Shown: one piece after another, positions 28,898 through 38,294 of the stretch
Position numbering within the stretch: position 1 is the first letter of the stretch
Layout: each line of letters starts with the position of its first letter
Origin: Planctomycetales bacterium
Lineage (GTDB): Bacteria; Planctomycetota; Planctomycetia; Pirellulales; Lacipirellulaceae
DNA length: 64,000 nt
NCBI GenBank assembly: GCA_020427145.1
Contig: JAGQOU010000338.1
Location: forward strand, 1,406 to 65,405
Direction of reading: 5' to 3'
Notes under the pieces: model-generated
What the model saw: the letters and a program-made list of their open reading frames with translations, nothing else
The model's database searches: none
What the model was told of the DNA's origin: nothing
Program-made: the position numbers and the translations under genes

Positions 28898-29614
28898 ATG
28901 ATTCGCCGAACCCATGCCATGCCGTTGGTTGCCGTTGCGTTGCTGACGACCTTCGTCGGCTGTTGCGAACCCGTCGAAATCACGCACCCTATTTGCGAGA
29001 TCGGCGACGACGTCGATGTGTCGCCGTATCTTGGTGTTTGGGAATGTGCGTATCGAATCGATCCCGTCTTCGGCGATCGTGATGGCGAAGGCGAAACGCG
29101 ACTGATCATTTCTTCGGTGGCGAACGATCGAGTTGAAGTTCGCGAAGACGAGGACGTGTCGTTCGCAACCATCGGTCGCCTAACGGAAATTGGCGCCGTG
29201 GCGTATTATGAAATCGAGAAATACGAGTTGGTTGCCGCTGACCCGGAAGTACTGAACGCCATAGAAAACGGAAAGGACTCGCAAACGTGGCAACTCCTCG
29301 ATACGAGCCCGCGAGAATGGCAAACGCCGAAGCTCGTTGCCAAGGTCATGCTCAAAGACGGCGACTTGTTCGTTGCGTCGGCTTACGAACTTGACGAATT
29401 GCTGCGGAACGCCGTCGCCGCTGGGACGCTCGCGGGCGAACTGGTTGACGAAACGCTACATGTGACGGCCACCACTGAGGAATTGCTAGCATTCTTGCGT
29501 AAGCATCCGTCGCATCCCGCGTGGTCAGTTGCCTGCTACAAGCGAGTTGGCGACCTCGCAGAAACCGGCTGTCGAGGTTTCAATGACTCGAAGACGCTGA
29601 TCGCTGATCGCTAA
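28898..29614 (+). CDS. Hypothetical lipoprotein
   Basis: 238 aa. MIRRTHAMPLVAVALLTTFVG|CC lipobox. Acidic, no recognisable domain. Confidence 0.6.
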   Translation: MIRRTHAMPLVAVALLTTFVGCCEPVEITHPICEIGDDVDVSPYLGVWECAYRIDPVFGDRDGEGETRLIISSVANDRVEVREDEDVSFATIGRLTEIGAVAYYEIEKYELVAADPEVLNAIENGKDSQTWQLLDTSPREWQTPKLVAKVMLKDGDLFVASAYELDELLRNAVAAGTLAGELVDETLHVTATTEELLAFLRKHPSHPAWSVACYKRVGDLAETGCRGFNDSKTLIADR

Positions 29615-29626
29615 CCGCTCTCCCTC

Positions 29627-29641
29627 TCCCAAGGACGGGAA
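29627..29641 (+). promoter_or_regulatory. Conserved 15-nt RBS leader TCCCAAGGACGGGAA, copy 2
   Basis: Identical to 28881-28895. Ends 4 nt before the lolC/E-like ATG. Confidence 0.55.
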
Positions 29642-29645
29642 CCTC

Positions 29646-31247
29646 ATGTACAAACTCCTGCTCTGCTGGCGTTATCTGCGCACGCGGTACATCGCGCTGG
29701 TGTGCATCGTCAGCGTCATGCTCGGCGTGGCGACGATGGTGGTCGTCAACGCCGTGATGGCCGGCTTCTGCAATGAGATGAAGATCCGTCTCAACGGCAT
29801 GCTGGGCGATCTTGTGGTCGAATCCAATAGCCTCGACGGGGCGCCAGACGCTGAGTCCGCGATGCAGTTGATTCGCCAAGTGACCGGCGATGACGTGGTC
29901 GGCATGAGTCCCACCGTCACCGTGCCGGCGCTCATGTATATCGACGTGCGCGGGCAGTCGCTCACGCGCCAGATCCTGCTGGTGGGAATCGACGATGCGA
30001 CGTACGCCGAAACGGGTTCGTTTGGCGACTATCTGCAGCACCCGGCCAATCGCGAGCAGCTTTCCTTCGAGCTGCGCGACGGCGACTACGACGTGTACGA
30101 CCATCAAGCCGCCGGCGACCCGGACGCCAAGCCGCGCGACGCGATGCGCGAGGCGGGCTGGGTGCATCGTCGCATGGTGGCGGCGGCCAAGGCGGCGCAG
30201 CGCACGGCGATCGAACGCATGAATCGAGCTCGCGCCAGCCTGGCGACCGCGCCGGGCGCCGATCCCGCGGCCGGCAGCGATTCGCCCGCGTCAATCATCG
30301 CCGCCAATCCGTCCGGAATCGCCGTCAGCAACCCTTTCGAAGCCATGGATCCCGAGGAGGCGCAAGGGCGCGACTTCGACCCGGCGATCGACGTTCATAC
30401 GGGCATGGTGGTCGGACTGGGGGTCTGCAGCTTTCGCGATGCGGCGGGCTACGATCGCTACTACGCCGTTCCCGGCGACGACGTGAAGGTCGCGTTCACC
30501 AAGGCCTCTATGCCGCCCGAGATTCTCAGCGACAACTACACGATCGTCGACCTCTACGAAAGCAAGATGCAGGAGTACGACTCCAATATGGTGTTTGTGC
30601 CACTGCGAAAGTTGCAGGAAAGTCGCGGCATGATCGACCCCACGACGGGGATCGCGCGTTTCGGGGCAATCCACATGAAGGTGGCTCCCGGGGTCGACGC
30701 CGAAGCGCTCCGCGATCGCCTGCAGGAAGTCTTCCCCATCGAGCAGTTCTCGGTAAGCACGTGGCGCGACAAGCAAGGCCCGCTGCTGGCCGCCGTGCAG
30801 ATGGAAACGGCCGTGCTGAACGTGCTGCTGTTCATGATCGTCGCCGTGGCCGGGTTCGGCATCCTGGCGATCTTCTTCATGATCGTCGTCGAGAAGACCC
30901 GCGACATCGGTATTCTCAAGTCGCTGGGCGCCTCGGCGTCCGGCGTCATGGGCATTTTCCTCACCTACGGACTCAGCTTGGGAACCGTCGGGGCCGGCGT
31001 GGGGGTCGTCATCGGCCTGACCTTCACGCACTACATCAACGAGATTGCCGACGGACTCAGTTGGCTCACGGGCCAGCCGGTGTTTGATCCGTCCGTGTAC
31101 TACTTCTATAAGATCCCGACGATCATCAACCCGTTGACTATCGTTTGCATCGCCCTGGGCGCGATTGCCATTGCCGTTGCCGCCAGCGTATTGCCGGCGC
31201 TACGGGCCGCTCGACTTCATCCCGTGAGGGCGTTGCGCTATGAGTGA
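29646..31247 (+). CDS. LolC/LolE-family (FtsX/MacB-type) ABC transporter permease
   Basis: 533 aa. N-terminal RYLRTRYIALVCIVSVMLGVATMVVVNAVMAGF is the Lol/MacB TM1 signature. Large periplasmic domain. C-terminal FtsX 3-TM bundle (DIGILKSLGAS). Confidence 0.85.
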   Translation: MYKLLLCWRYLRTRYIALVCIVSVMLGVATMVVVNAVMAGFCNEMKIRLNGMLGDLVVESNSLDGAPDAESAMQLIRQVTGDDVVGMSPTVTVPALMYIDVRGQSLTRQILLVGIDDATYAETGSFGDYLQHPANREQLSFELRDGDYDVYDHQAAGDPDAKPRDAMREAGWVHRRMVAAAKAAQRTAIERMNRARASLATAPGADPAAGSDSPASIIAANPSGIAVSNPFEAMDPEEAQGRDFDPAIDVHTGMVVGLGVCSFRDAAGYDRYYAVPGDDVKVAFTKASMPPEILSDNYTIVDLYESKMQEYDSNMVFVPLRKLQESRGMIDPTTGIARFGAIHMKVAPGVDAEALRDRLQEVFPIEQFSVSTWRDKQGPLLAAVQMETAVLNVLLFMIVAVAGFGILAIFFMIVVEKTRDIGILKSLGASASGVMGIFLTYGLSLGTVGAGVGVVIGLTFTHYINEIADGLSWLTGQPVFDPSVYYFYKIPTIINPLTIVCIALGAIAIAVAASVLPALRAARLHPVRALRYE

Positions 31248-32061
31248 AATCCACTCCGACCTGTCCGCCACCAGCGGCGGCGACCTGGCGCTCACGGCGC
31301 CGATTACGCCGCGTCGCAGCACCGCCCCGCACAACCGGCTTGCGCCCCACGGCGCGGCGACGGTCCTGCCGAGCGTGCTGGGCTGTCGCAACCTGTTGAA
31401 AAGCTACCAGAAGGGTTCGCTGGAAATCCCCGTGCTGCAGGGCATCGACCTGGACGTGCGGCAGGGCGAGTTCCTGGCGATCGTCGGCCAAAGCGGCAGC
31501 GGCAAGAGCACCCTGCTGCACCTGCTGGGCACGCTCGACCGCCCCGACGCCGGCGAAGTGTACTTCAACGGCCGGCGCATCGACAATCTGTCCGCATCGG
31601 TACACGACGAGCTGCGCAATCGCGGCTTCGGCATGATCTTCCAGGCCTACCACCTGCTGCCCGAGTTGACGACGCTGGCCAACGTGCTGGCCCCCGCTCT
31701 AGTCGCCGAAAGCACGCTCGGCTACTGGCGGCGGCGACGCGAATACCGCCAACGGGCGCGTGACCTGCTCGATTTGGTGGGATTGGGGCACCGGCTCAAG
31801 CACAAACCGCGGGAACTCTCCGGCGGCGAGATGCAGCGAGCCGCCATCGCCCGGGCCCTGCTCATGCAGCCGCGGGTCCTGCTGGCGGACGAACCGACCG
31901 GCAATCTCGACCGGTCGACCGGCGAGTCGATCATGCGGACCCTGGTCGAGTTGAATCGCCGGGACGGCCTCACTATAGTCATGGTCACGCACGACCCGTG
32001 GATCGCCCAACAGGCGGATCGCACCGTGCAACTGGTCGAAGGGCGGATTGCCGCCCCGTAA
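31240..32061 (+). CDS. lolD: ABC transporter ATP-binding protein, LolD-like
   Basis: Walker A GQSGSGKST, signature LSGGEMQR, Walker B LLADEPTGNLD. The start overlaps the permease stop by 8 nt. About 45 aa of N-terminal extension, so an internal start is possible. Confidence 0.8.
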   Translation: MSEIHSDLSATSGGDLALTAPITPRRSTAPHNRLAPHGAATVLPSVLGCRNLLKSYQKGSLEIPVLQGIDLDVRQGEFLAIVGQSGSGKSTLLHLLGTLDRPDAGEVYFNGRRIDNLSASVHDELRNRGFGMIFQAYHLLPELTTLANVLAPALVAESTLGYWRRRREYRQRARDLLDLVGLGHRLKHKPRELSGGEMQRAAIARALLMQPRVLLADEPTGNLDRSTGESIMRTLVELNRRDGLTIVMVTHDPWIAQQADRTVQLVEGRIAAP

Positions 32062-32198
32062 CCGTGGTTCCGCAATCGCCGATTGAACCGCGGAGACGCA
32101 CTGAGCCCCGAGTCCGTCTCGCCCGGGCCGTTTGGCCCGCGGGCGCCGTCAAACGCGAAACGAACTTGCGTTTGAGACGCTGGCGCGACTCGAACCTG

Positions 32199-32226
32199 CT
32201 CCGCGCCCTCCGTGTCTCCGTGGTAA
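32199..32226 (-). repeat. ACCACGGAGAC-RCGGAG extragenic repeat, copy 2
   Basis: The minus strand reads TTACCACGGAGACACGGAGGGCGCGGAG. It lies 22 nt upstream of the ilvE ATG, in the opposite orientation. Confidence 0.55.
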
Positions 32227-32247
32227 ATCCCCTTTTCAAGACAAGCC

Positions 32248-33105
32248 ATGTCACGACAAGTTTATCTCGCCGGCAAGCTCGTCCCCGCTGAACAAGCGAC
32301 GGTGAGCGTCTTCGACCACGGACTGCTATACGGCGACGGGGTTTTCGAGGGCCTGCGCAGCTACGGCGGCAAGGTGTTTCGCCTGGCCGAGCACGTCGAC
32401 CGCTTGTACGAGTCGGCGCTAGCGATCTGCCTGAAGATCCCGCTGTCGCGCGACGAAATGGCAGCGGCGATCAACGAAACGGTGGCCGCGAATGAGATCA
32501 AGGACGGCTACATTCGCGCCGTCGTCACCCGCGGCTCCGGGACGTTGGGGCTCGACCCCAATCGCTGCAGCAATCCGCAAATTATCATCATCGCCGACGC
32601 GATCAAACTGTACCCGCAAGAGTACTACGACAACGGCCTGGAGTTGATCACCTCCAGCGTGATTCGCAACCACCCGGCCGCGCTCTCCCCGCGGATCAAG
32701 TCGCTCAATTACCTCAACAACATCCTGGCGAAGATCGAGGGCATGAAAGCCGGGTGCATCGAAACGCTGATGCTCAACCACAAGGGCGAGGTTGCCGAAT
32801 GCACCGGCGACAACATCTTTCTGGTGAGACACGGCAAGATTCTCACGCCGTCGCTCGATGCGGGCATTCTCGAGGGCGTCACCCGCAACGCCGTGATTGA
32901 GCTGGCCGCCGCCGCGGGCATCGAGGTGCGCGAGTGCGCGATCACCCAGCACGACGTCTACATCGCCAACGAATGCTTCCTCACCGGCACCGCCGCCGAG
33001 ATCGTGCCCGTGGTGAAGGTCGACGACCGCGTGATCGGCGACGGCCGCCCGGGCGCCGTCACCCGGCAACTGACCGAACAGTTCCACGAACTGGTGCGAG
33101 CGTGA
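32248..33105 (+). CDS. ilvE: Branched-chain amino acid aminotransferase (PLP fold type IV)
   Basis: 285 aa. FDHGLLYGDGVFEGLR, GYIR..VTRG.G.LG, NYLNNILAK (catalytic-Lys region) and EGVTRNAVIEL blocks. Confidence 0.85.
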   Translation: MSRQVYLAGKLVPAEQATVSVFDHGLLYGDGVFEGLRSYGGKVFRLAEHVDRLYESALAICLKIPLSRDEMAAAINETVAANEIKDGYIRAVVTRGSGTLGLDPNRCSNPQIIIIADAIKLYPQEYYDNGLELITSSVIRNHPAALSPRIKSLNYLNNILAKIEGMKAGCIETLMLNHKGEVAECTGDNIFLVRHGKILTPSLDAGILEGVTRNAVIELAAAAGIEVRECAITQHDVYIANECFLTGTAAEIVPVVKVDDRVIGDGRPGAVTRQLTEQFHELVRA

Positions 33106-33196
33106 ACCCCGGCGCCGCCGGGCGCGTTGACGCCCCCCGCCGCGGCGCCGTACCATCCACCAACCAGCACTGCCGGCCCACCCGCCGCCAGTTGCC

Positions 33197-33272
<76 letters not shown>

Positions 33273-33330
33273 TGATGGCTTTCGACGGTCGCTGACAAGC
33301 GATATCTCAGCGGTCGCATGGCGGGCCGAT

Positions 33331-35109
33331 TCACGATCGCCGTCGCCCGCGGCTTTGGCCGGCTCGGCTGACCATCCCGAGCGTGAGCGCCAGGGCGGCT
33401 AGCAACGCTGCCGACGGCTCGGGGGTCGCCGCCAGGGCATTCGCCGACGCTGCCCCCGCTCCGAAGTTGGCTTGCCAATCGGCCAAATCCGCCGCCCCCA
33501 GCGCGGTCGGGGACTCGCCCCGTTGCCACGCGAGAAAATCGCCGCCGTCTACGTCGAAGTCGCCGTCAAAATCGCCGGTCGGGCCCGGTGCCGTGACGGT
33601 GAGCATCGTGTAACCAGCCAGATCGCCTGTGGTGAGATACTCAAGCGTGTAATCGTCGCCGTAGGTGGCATCTGTGAGAGAAGCGAGATGTCCGTCCTCG
33701 GGATTCCAGTAGCGGATAGCGTCGTTTCCCTGGACGAATCCCAAGAACTGCGTCAGCGAGTCGTCGACATCACCGGGGATTGCCAGCATGCCGCCACTCG
33801 CCATAGCAATGGAATTGTCGTGACGCGGAGTCGCGCTAATCGTAAGCGCGTAATCAACCGTCAACAATCCGCCGTCAGTGATATTGAGCATCGCGTCCCC
33901 GCCGACATCAAGTACTCCACGGACGTTCCACTTCGATCCGGCGCCATGAATGCGAACCTTCCCGGATGAGCTGGAAAAGGACCCAATCGCACCCCAACTG
34001 CAGCTTACCTCGCCGCCGCTAGTGATGTTGAGCGTGCCGTTACCCCCACGCCCGACGTAAAGACCATAGTTACTGGTGGTCCAATTTGCGTTGGCGCCTG
34101 ACACAGTCACATCGCCCACCGCGCCCCATTCGTAGCCGATGTACGCCCCTTCGCTGCGAACCGAGCCGCCTTCAGCGATTGCGACGTTCCCTCTGCCGCT
34201 AATACCGGCGTAGAGTGTCGAGCTATTCCAGACCGACCCCTCCCCCTCCACCGTAACCCAGCCAATGGAATTCTCATCGACGCCGATGCGGCTGTGTCCC
34301 TGATTGCTAACTGTTCCCCTATTGCTAATAGAAAGCGTGCCCGTGCCGGCGCGGCCAACCATGAGACCGCCGGTGTTGGTCAAAGTCGATCCCGAGCCAT
34401 CGACCATCACGACGCCGCTGGAACCGGAAACATCCCCGATAATGCCTGTAAAGTTGCCGCCCGCCATGACGTACCCGCCGTTAGAAACGGTGAGCGAGCC
34501 TATTCCTTCACGACCAACTAAGAACTCGCCACGCAATTCCCAATTCGTGCCGGCGCCATCAACTGAAACCTGACCGGTCGACCCGGGGGCGTCGCCGATG
34601 ACGCTCGTGTCTTGGCTGCGGAGTGCACCGCCTTGGGAAATCGTTAACATTCCGTGGCCGCTATTGCCAACCGAAAGAGACTCGTCGACAGACCAGCGCG
34701 AATTCAAGCCATTCACAGTGACCTGGCCCATGGAGCCCGAGTTCTGACCGACGCGTCCTGCGTTGGTCCGAACCGATCCACCTCCATTGATTTCAAGTAT
34801 TCCTGAACCGTCGACGCCGATGTCGAGACTCTCGACACTGTGCCAAGTCGATCCTTCGCCAAGGACCGTTATCTGACCGAATGCGCCGGCTTGGTATCCC
34901 GCGTACCCAGACGACGACATGAGGTCGCTATCGGAATCAACGACTATCGTTCCGCTTGCTGAATTGCCAATGTAGGCAGTCGTTTCAGTTGTCCACGCTC
35001 CTGGATCAGCCGGGCCTATGTCGCCGGTCGAGTTGATGGCAGCCCGCACCGGAGCCGCCGAGTGATACAAGGTGACGACAAGAAGCGCAGAGCCTATGTG
35101 ACGCAACAT
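33331..35109 (-). CDS. Secreted tandem-repeat (beta-helix-like) protein with dockerin-like + PEP-CTERM tail
   Basis: 592 aa with a signal peptide. About 8 tandem units of about 47 aa (G.G.L.I..GG.V......IG...GS.G.V.V.G.GS.W.....L.VG). The tail at 33334-33576 reads GDFDGDFDVDGGDFLAWQRG...LADWQANFG...TPEPSAALLAALAL. Confidence 0.8.
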   Translation of the reverse strand: MLRHIGSALLVVTLYHSAAPVRAAINSTGDIGPADPGAWTTETTAYIGNSASGTIVVDSDSDLMSSSGYAGYQAGAFGQITVLGEGSTWHSVESLDIGVDGSGILEINGGGSVRTNAGRVGQNSGSMGQVTVNGLNSRWSVDESLSVGNSGHGMLTISQGGALRSQDTSVIGDAPGSTGQVSVDGAGTNWELRGEFLVGREGIGSLTVSNGGYVMAGGNFTGIIGDVSGSSGVVMVDGSGSTLTNTGGLMVGRAGTGTLSISNRGTVSNQGHSRIGVDENSIGWVTVEGEGSVWNSSTLYAGISGRGNVAIAEGGSVRSEGAYIGYEWGAVGDVTVSGANANWTTSNYGLYVGRGGNGTLNITSGGEVSCSWGAIGSFSSSSGKVRIHGAGSKWNVRGVLDVGGDAMLNITDGGLLTVDYALTISATPRHDNSIAMASGGMLAIPGDVDDSLTQFLGFVQGNDAIRYWNPEDGHLASLTDATYGDDYTLEYLTTGDLAGYTMLTVTAPGPTGDFDGDFDVDGGDFLAWQRGESPTALGAADLADWQANFGAGAASANALAATPEPSAALLAALALTLGMVSRAGQSRGRRRS

Positions 35110-35870
35110 GAAAGGGCTGCGGGGCTGGAGAGCAAGGTGATTCGGGTACTCGCAGTGTAGACGATGGCAGTCGTTGTGTCCTGCAAAGAGTCGCCAATTG
35201 GCGGGAGTCGAGCCGGCCGCGGTCGCGTGAAACTGGCGAATACGGTGTATTTACAGCCGTCCCAGTGGGAAAACCCTCCGGTCGGGTCCTTCCGCCGCCC
35301 GCCCCACTGAGCCGACGCCCGCGATCGCACGTCAAGCACACAGACGCTCCCCAAGGGCCTCCCTCCACCACAACCAAGCACGTCGCTGCCCTCCTGCCAA
35401 CCTCAGCGATTTCCACCTGCCCCCTCTGTCGAAACTCGCGAAGGCGTTCGCGACGCTGGCGGGCTGGTCGCGGGTGCTTAGATTGGCGAAGATAGTCACG
35501 TTACCGTCACTCCGGCATTAACACCGGCTGCACTTCCGCCGGCTGATACCGTCACGCCGGCCCGCTTGTGTTCTTCGCGTTCGGGCGAAACGGCGCCGAT
35601 TCGTCAGCGGGCTGCGACGATCTCGGCCCGGGAGCGGTCGGGGACACTCGGCGACCGTTCCGTTACTCTGACCAGGGCGGGGCCCTCCATGGGAGGGTGT
35701 GCGGTTCCGTCACTTCGCTGATACTCTGGCGGAGCTTGGACTTCTGTCGATTCGTCGTGGCGCCAGGTTAGGGTGTTTGCTGCCGGCCGAGAATATCGCA
35801 CGGGACGCAAGAGCGTGTATAATGGGCGGCGGCACTCGCTTCTCTCTCTTCCGGAACAGGAGATGGACTC

Positions 35871-36800
35871 ATGAGGACGTTCGCATTCATGCTTCTCGTG
35901 GCAGTCGCTGCCGCAAACGTTGTTCGGGCCGATGTGTTCGGCAGCGGGGCGGATACGTTCGAGATTGAATTTGTGACCATCGGCGATCCTGGCAATCCTG
36001 CCGACACGACAGGAGCCCCGAACCCTGCCGGCTCAGTTCCCTATCAATATCGAATTGGCAAATTCGAGGTTTCAGAGGCCATGGTTGATATCGCGAATAG
36101 CATGAGTTACTTGAGAATTGTGCACGACGACCGAGGCCCCAACAAACCTGTCACCCAGATCAGCTGGTACGAGGCCGCCCGGTTCGTCAATTGGCTCAAT
36201 ACCACCAATGGCCACCCGCCGGCCTACAAGTTCGTTGCGAACAGGGGATTGCGATTTGAATTGTGGCAACCAGGCGACCCTGGATACAATCCGGCGAATG
36301 CTGTTCGCAATAGCTTGGCATTTTACTTTCTGCCCAGCACGGACGAGTGGTACAAGGCTGCCTACTATGACCCAACGTCAGGCGCCTACTACGACTACGC
36401 GACGGGGAGTGATATCTCGCCCACGGCAGTCGCCAGCGGTTCGGCGGCAGGCACCTCGGTCTACGGTCAGCCGCACTTGCAGGGCCCCGCCGATATCACG
36501 CTTGCGGGCGGTCTGAGTCCCTACGGCACTATGGCCCAAGGAGGCAATGCCTTCGAGTGGGAGGAGACGGAATTCGACTTGGTCAATGACATGGCTTCGT
36601 CTGTTCGCGGAACACGCGGCGCCTCTTGGGGACACTCCAGCGACTTCTTGCGGTCGTCGGTTAGAACTCCTTTTGATCCGGGTTTGGGGGCCTCGGACGT
36701 TGGCTTCCGCGTCGCCTCCCGCATTCCCGAGCCCAGCACGCTGTTGCTGGGCTTGGTTGGCTTCGGCTTGTTGCTGCGAACGAAGCGAGCGTCCCCTTAG
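35871..36800 (+). CDS. FGE-sulfatase/SUMF1-like domain protein with PEP-CTERM anchor
   Basis: 309 aa with a signal peptide. FEIEFVTIGDPGNPAD...YRIGKFEVSEAM, GNAFEWEE, RGASWGHS and VGFRVA are blocks of the FGE-sulfatase (C-type-lectin-like) fold. The tail is IPEPSTLLLGLVGFGLLLRTKR. Confidence 0.75.
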   Translation: MRTFAFMLLVAVAAANVVRADVFGSGADTFEIEFVTIGDPGNPADTTGAPNPAGSVPYQYRIGKFEVSEAMVDIANSMSYLRIVHDDRGPNKPVTQISWYEAARFVNWLNTTNGHPPAYKFVANRGLRFELWQPGDPGYNPANAVRNSLAFYFLPSTDEWYKAAYYDPTSGAYYDYATGSDISPTAVASGSAAGTSVYGQPHLQGPADITLAGGLSPYGTMAQGGNAFEWEETEFDLVNDMASSVRGTRGASWGHSSDFLRSSVRTPFDPGLGASDVGFRVASRIPEPSTLLLGLVGFGLLLRTKRASP

Positions 36801-36812
36801 ATCGCCGCTACA

Positions 36813-37370
36813 GTGTTATCGTGGCCGTCGATGCGCTCGCTGGCTACAATCGGCCCCATGACGCTCCTGATCGCCAGCCTCTATCTCGGAACGCTCGCCG
36901 TGGGATCGTTCATTGCGATCGCCTGCAGTGATTCCGTCTTAAGCGTGCTTCTTCCAAGTGATGCGGAGTGCGACCCTTGGCCGCTGTGGCTGTTTTGTAG
37001 CGCGACGATGATCTGCGCCGTTGCATATTTCGTCAATGACGGGCCCAACCGGGGCGACTGGATGACCGCGGGCGCCGGCGTCGCGCTGGTATATCTCTGG
37101 TGGGGCATGTCGGAACGATTCCGAGAGGGTGACCAATGCGGTTGTTATTGCTCGCGCTGGCGTTCGCGTCAGGTTGTTCCGTTCCGCCTCCAAATTGTGG
37201 CCCGGCGACGATTACCGAAGGCTTTCCTGCGACAGTCTCGATTGTCATTGACAACCCGGGACGGCAACCGTTGCAGGTCACCCGTGTCACGTCGATCATA
37301 TCGCAACACCACCTGCTCGTGGCGCGGGGCGCAGGCATGCCGGCAGAATTCTCCGACGCCTGCGTGGTGA
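36813..37370 (+). CDS. Possible small 3-TM membrane protein; 3' end unreliable
   Basis: The first ~110 aa contain three hydrophobic segments. The last ~75 aa are Arg/Cys-rich and overlap the next gene, which is well supported, by 235 nt. A frameshift or an earlier true end is possible. Confidence 0.35.
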   Translation: MLSWPSMRSLATIGPMTLLIASLYLGTLAVGSFIAIACSDSVLSVLLPSDAECDPWPLWLFCSATMICAVAYFVNDGPNRGDWMTAGAGVALVYLWWGMSERFREGDQCGCYCSRWRSRQVVPFRLQIVARRRLPKAFLRQSRLSLTTRDGNRCRSPVSRRSYRNTTCSWRGAQACRQNSPTPAW

Positions 37371-37702
37371 CTCAGGGCGATGTCGCCGCTGGCGGAAAAT
37401 CCACGGTTGAGTTTGAGTGGGTATGGAAGTCTCCGCCTAATTCACCGGCGGCGTTGGCGGTCGTGGAAGCGTCCTTTCGGATCGAGTTTAGCAGCGGAGC
37501 CGTTGACACAACTGGGATCAACGCCGCCGTGCTAGAATCTCAACCAGACGTTTTCGCGATGACGATCGCAAACAGGAATGAGTCTGCTACTGTTCGGCGG
37601 CGGGTCATTGGGCTCACTGAGGAAATCTCAGGGAGTTCCGATCGTCTCGACGAGATTCGACTTTGGGCGTCGGGTAAGTTGCCAGCCGACAACACCAAAT
37701 AG
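37136..37702 (+). CDS. Hypothetical lipoprotein
   Basis: 188 aa. GAGAGGG Shine-Dalgarno 6 nt upstream. MRLLLLALAFASG|C lipobox. Beta-rich body, no domain recognised. Confidence 0.6.
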   Translation: MRLLLLALAFASGCSVPPPNCGPATITEGFPATVSIVIDNPGRQPLQVTRVTSIISQHHLLVARGAGMPAEFSDACVVTQGDVAAGGKSTVEFEWVWKSPPNSPAALAVVEASFRIEFSSGAVDTTGINAAVLESQPDVFAMTIANRNESATVRRRVIGLTEEISGSSDRLDEIRLWASGKLPADNTK

Positions 37703-38294
37703 TCGCTCCGGCCCCCCATCACGCCCCGGCCGTGCTACGCTCCGCGGCATGACACACCGCGTGATCGACTTGCTGGATTTCACCCTCGACGCCGATCAGG
37801 CGCTGATTGGCCCGCTGGACCGCCGGGGACTCTCCGAAGCTGGTTGCCCCAACGGCTGGCCACTTCGACCGCAGCGCCGCACGATCGATCTGCGGGCCGG
37901 CGATAAGATCCTCTGCGAGGGGCGCTGGCATTGGTTCAGCGAGTCTAAGGCAATCGCGTCGCCTGACGACGCGGGCGGGTACATTCACCGCGTTGTGGAG
38001 GACGTGCAGCGGATTGCGTCGGGGTCGGGTGAGCAGGCCGTGCTACGCCGGAGAGAGCGGCACGAATCTCCGCAGAAAACGCCGTACGCAGGGGTGGCGG
38101 CGATCCGCATTCCGAATTCACCGTGCGTTTCGCACGACGACGCCCCAAATGCCGGCTCGCAGGCTACAATCGCGGTTGTCGACGCGGTGTCAGATCTGTT
38201 TGGCTGCCATTGCGCCTGTTTCGAGCGGGACAAGCTCATTCGCCACAGACCGAGGAGCCGCATCGTGCCGCCACGCGGGAATCGCACAGCTGAC

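Noticed and set aside
32170-32200. GGTTCGAGTC on the minus strand, resembling a tRNA T-loop, raising the idea of a tRNA fragment or att site
   Set aside because: The flanking bases do not form a T-stem or an acceptor stem, and the sequence differs from the 3' end of the tRNA-Val at 33197-33270. It is judged to be part of the ACCACGGAGAC repeat unit.
35816-35823. TGTATAAT (-10-like box) 48 nt upstream of the FGE-like gene
   Set aside because: No acceptable -35 element at 16-18 nt spacing. Planctomycete promoter consensus is poorly defined. A single hexamer match is not enough to call a promoter.
35871-36800. Possible diversity-generating retroelement target (FGE-sulfatase/C-type-lectin fold proteins are classic DGR variable proteins)
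   Set aside because: No reverse transcriptase gene is in the window. I also could not find a template-repeat copy of the 3' ~120 nt of the gene nearby. The C-terminus is a PEP-CTERM anchor rather than a VR at the extreme end.
37749-38294. 182-aa in-frame extension upstream of the hydrolase signal peptide, considered as a separate gene or N-terminal domain
   Set aside because: There is no stop separating it from the hydrolase, so it cannot be a separate gene in that frame. It has no recognisable domain and no Shine-Dalgarno at 37749. It is kept as an open question in the findings rather than as a feature.
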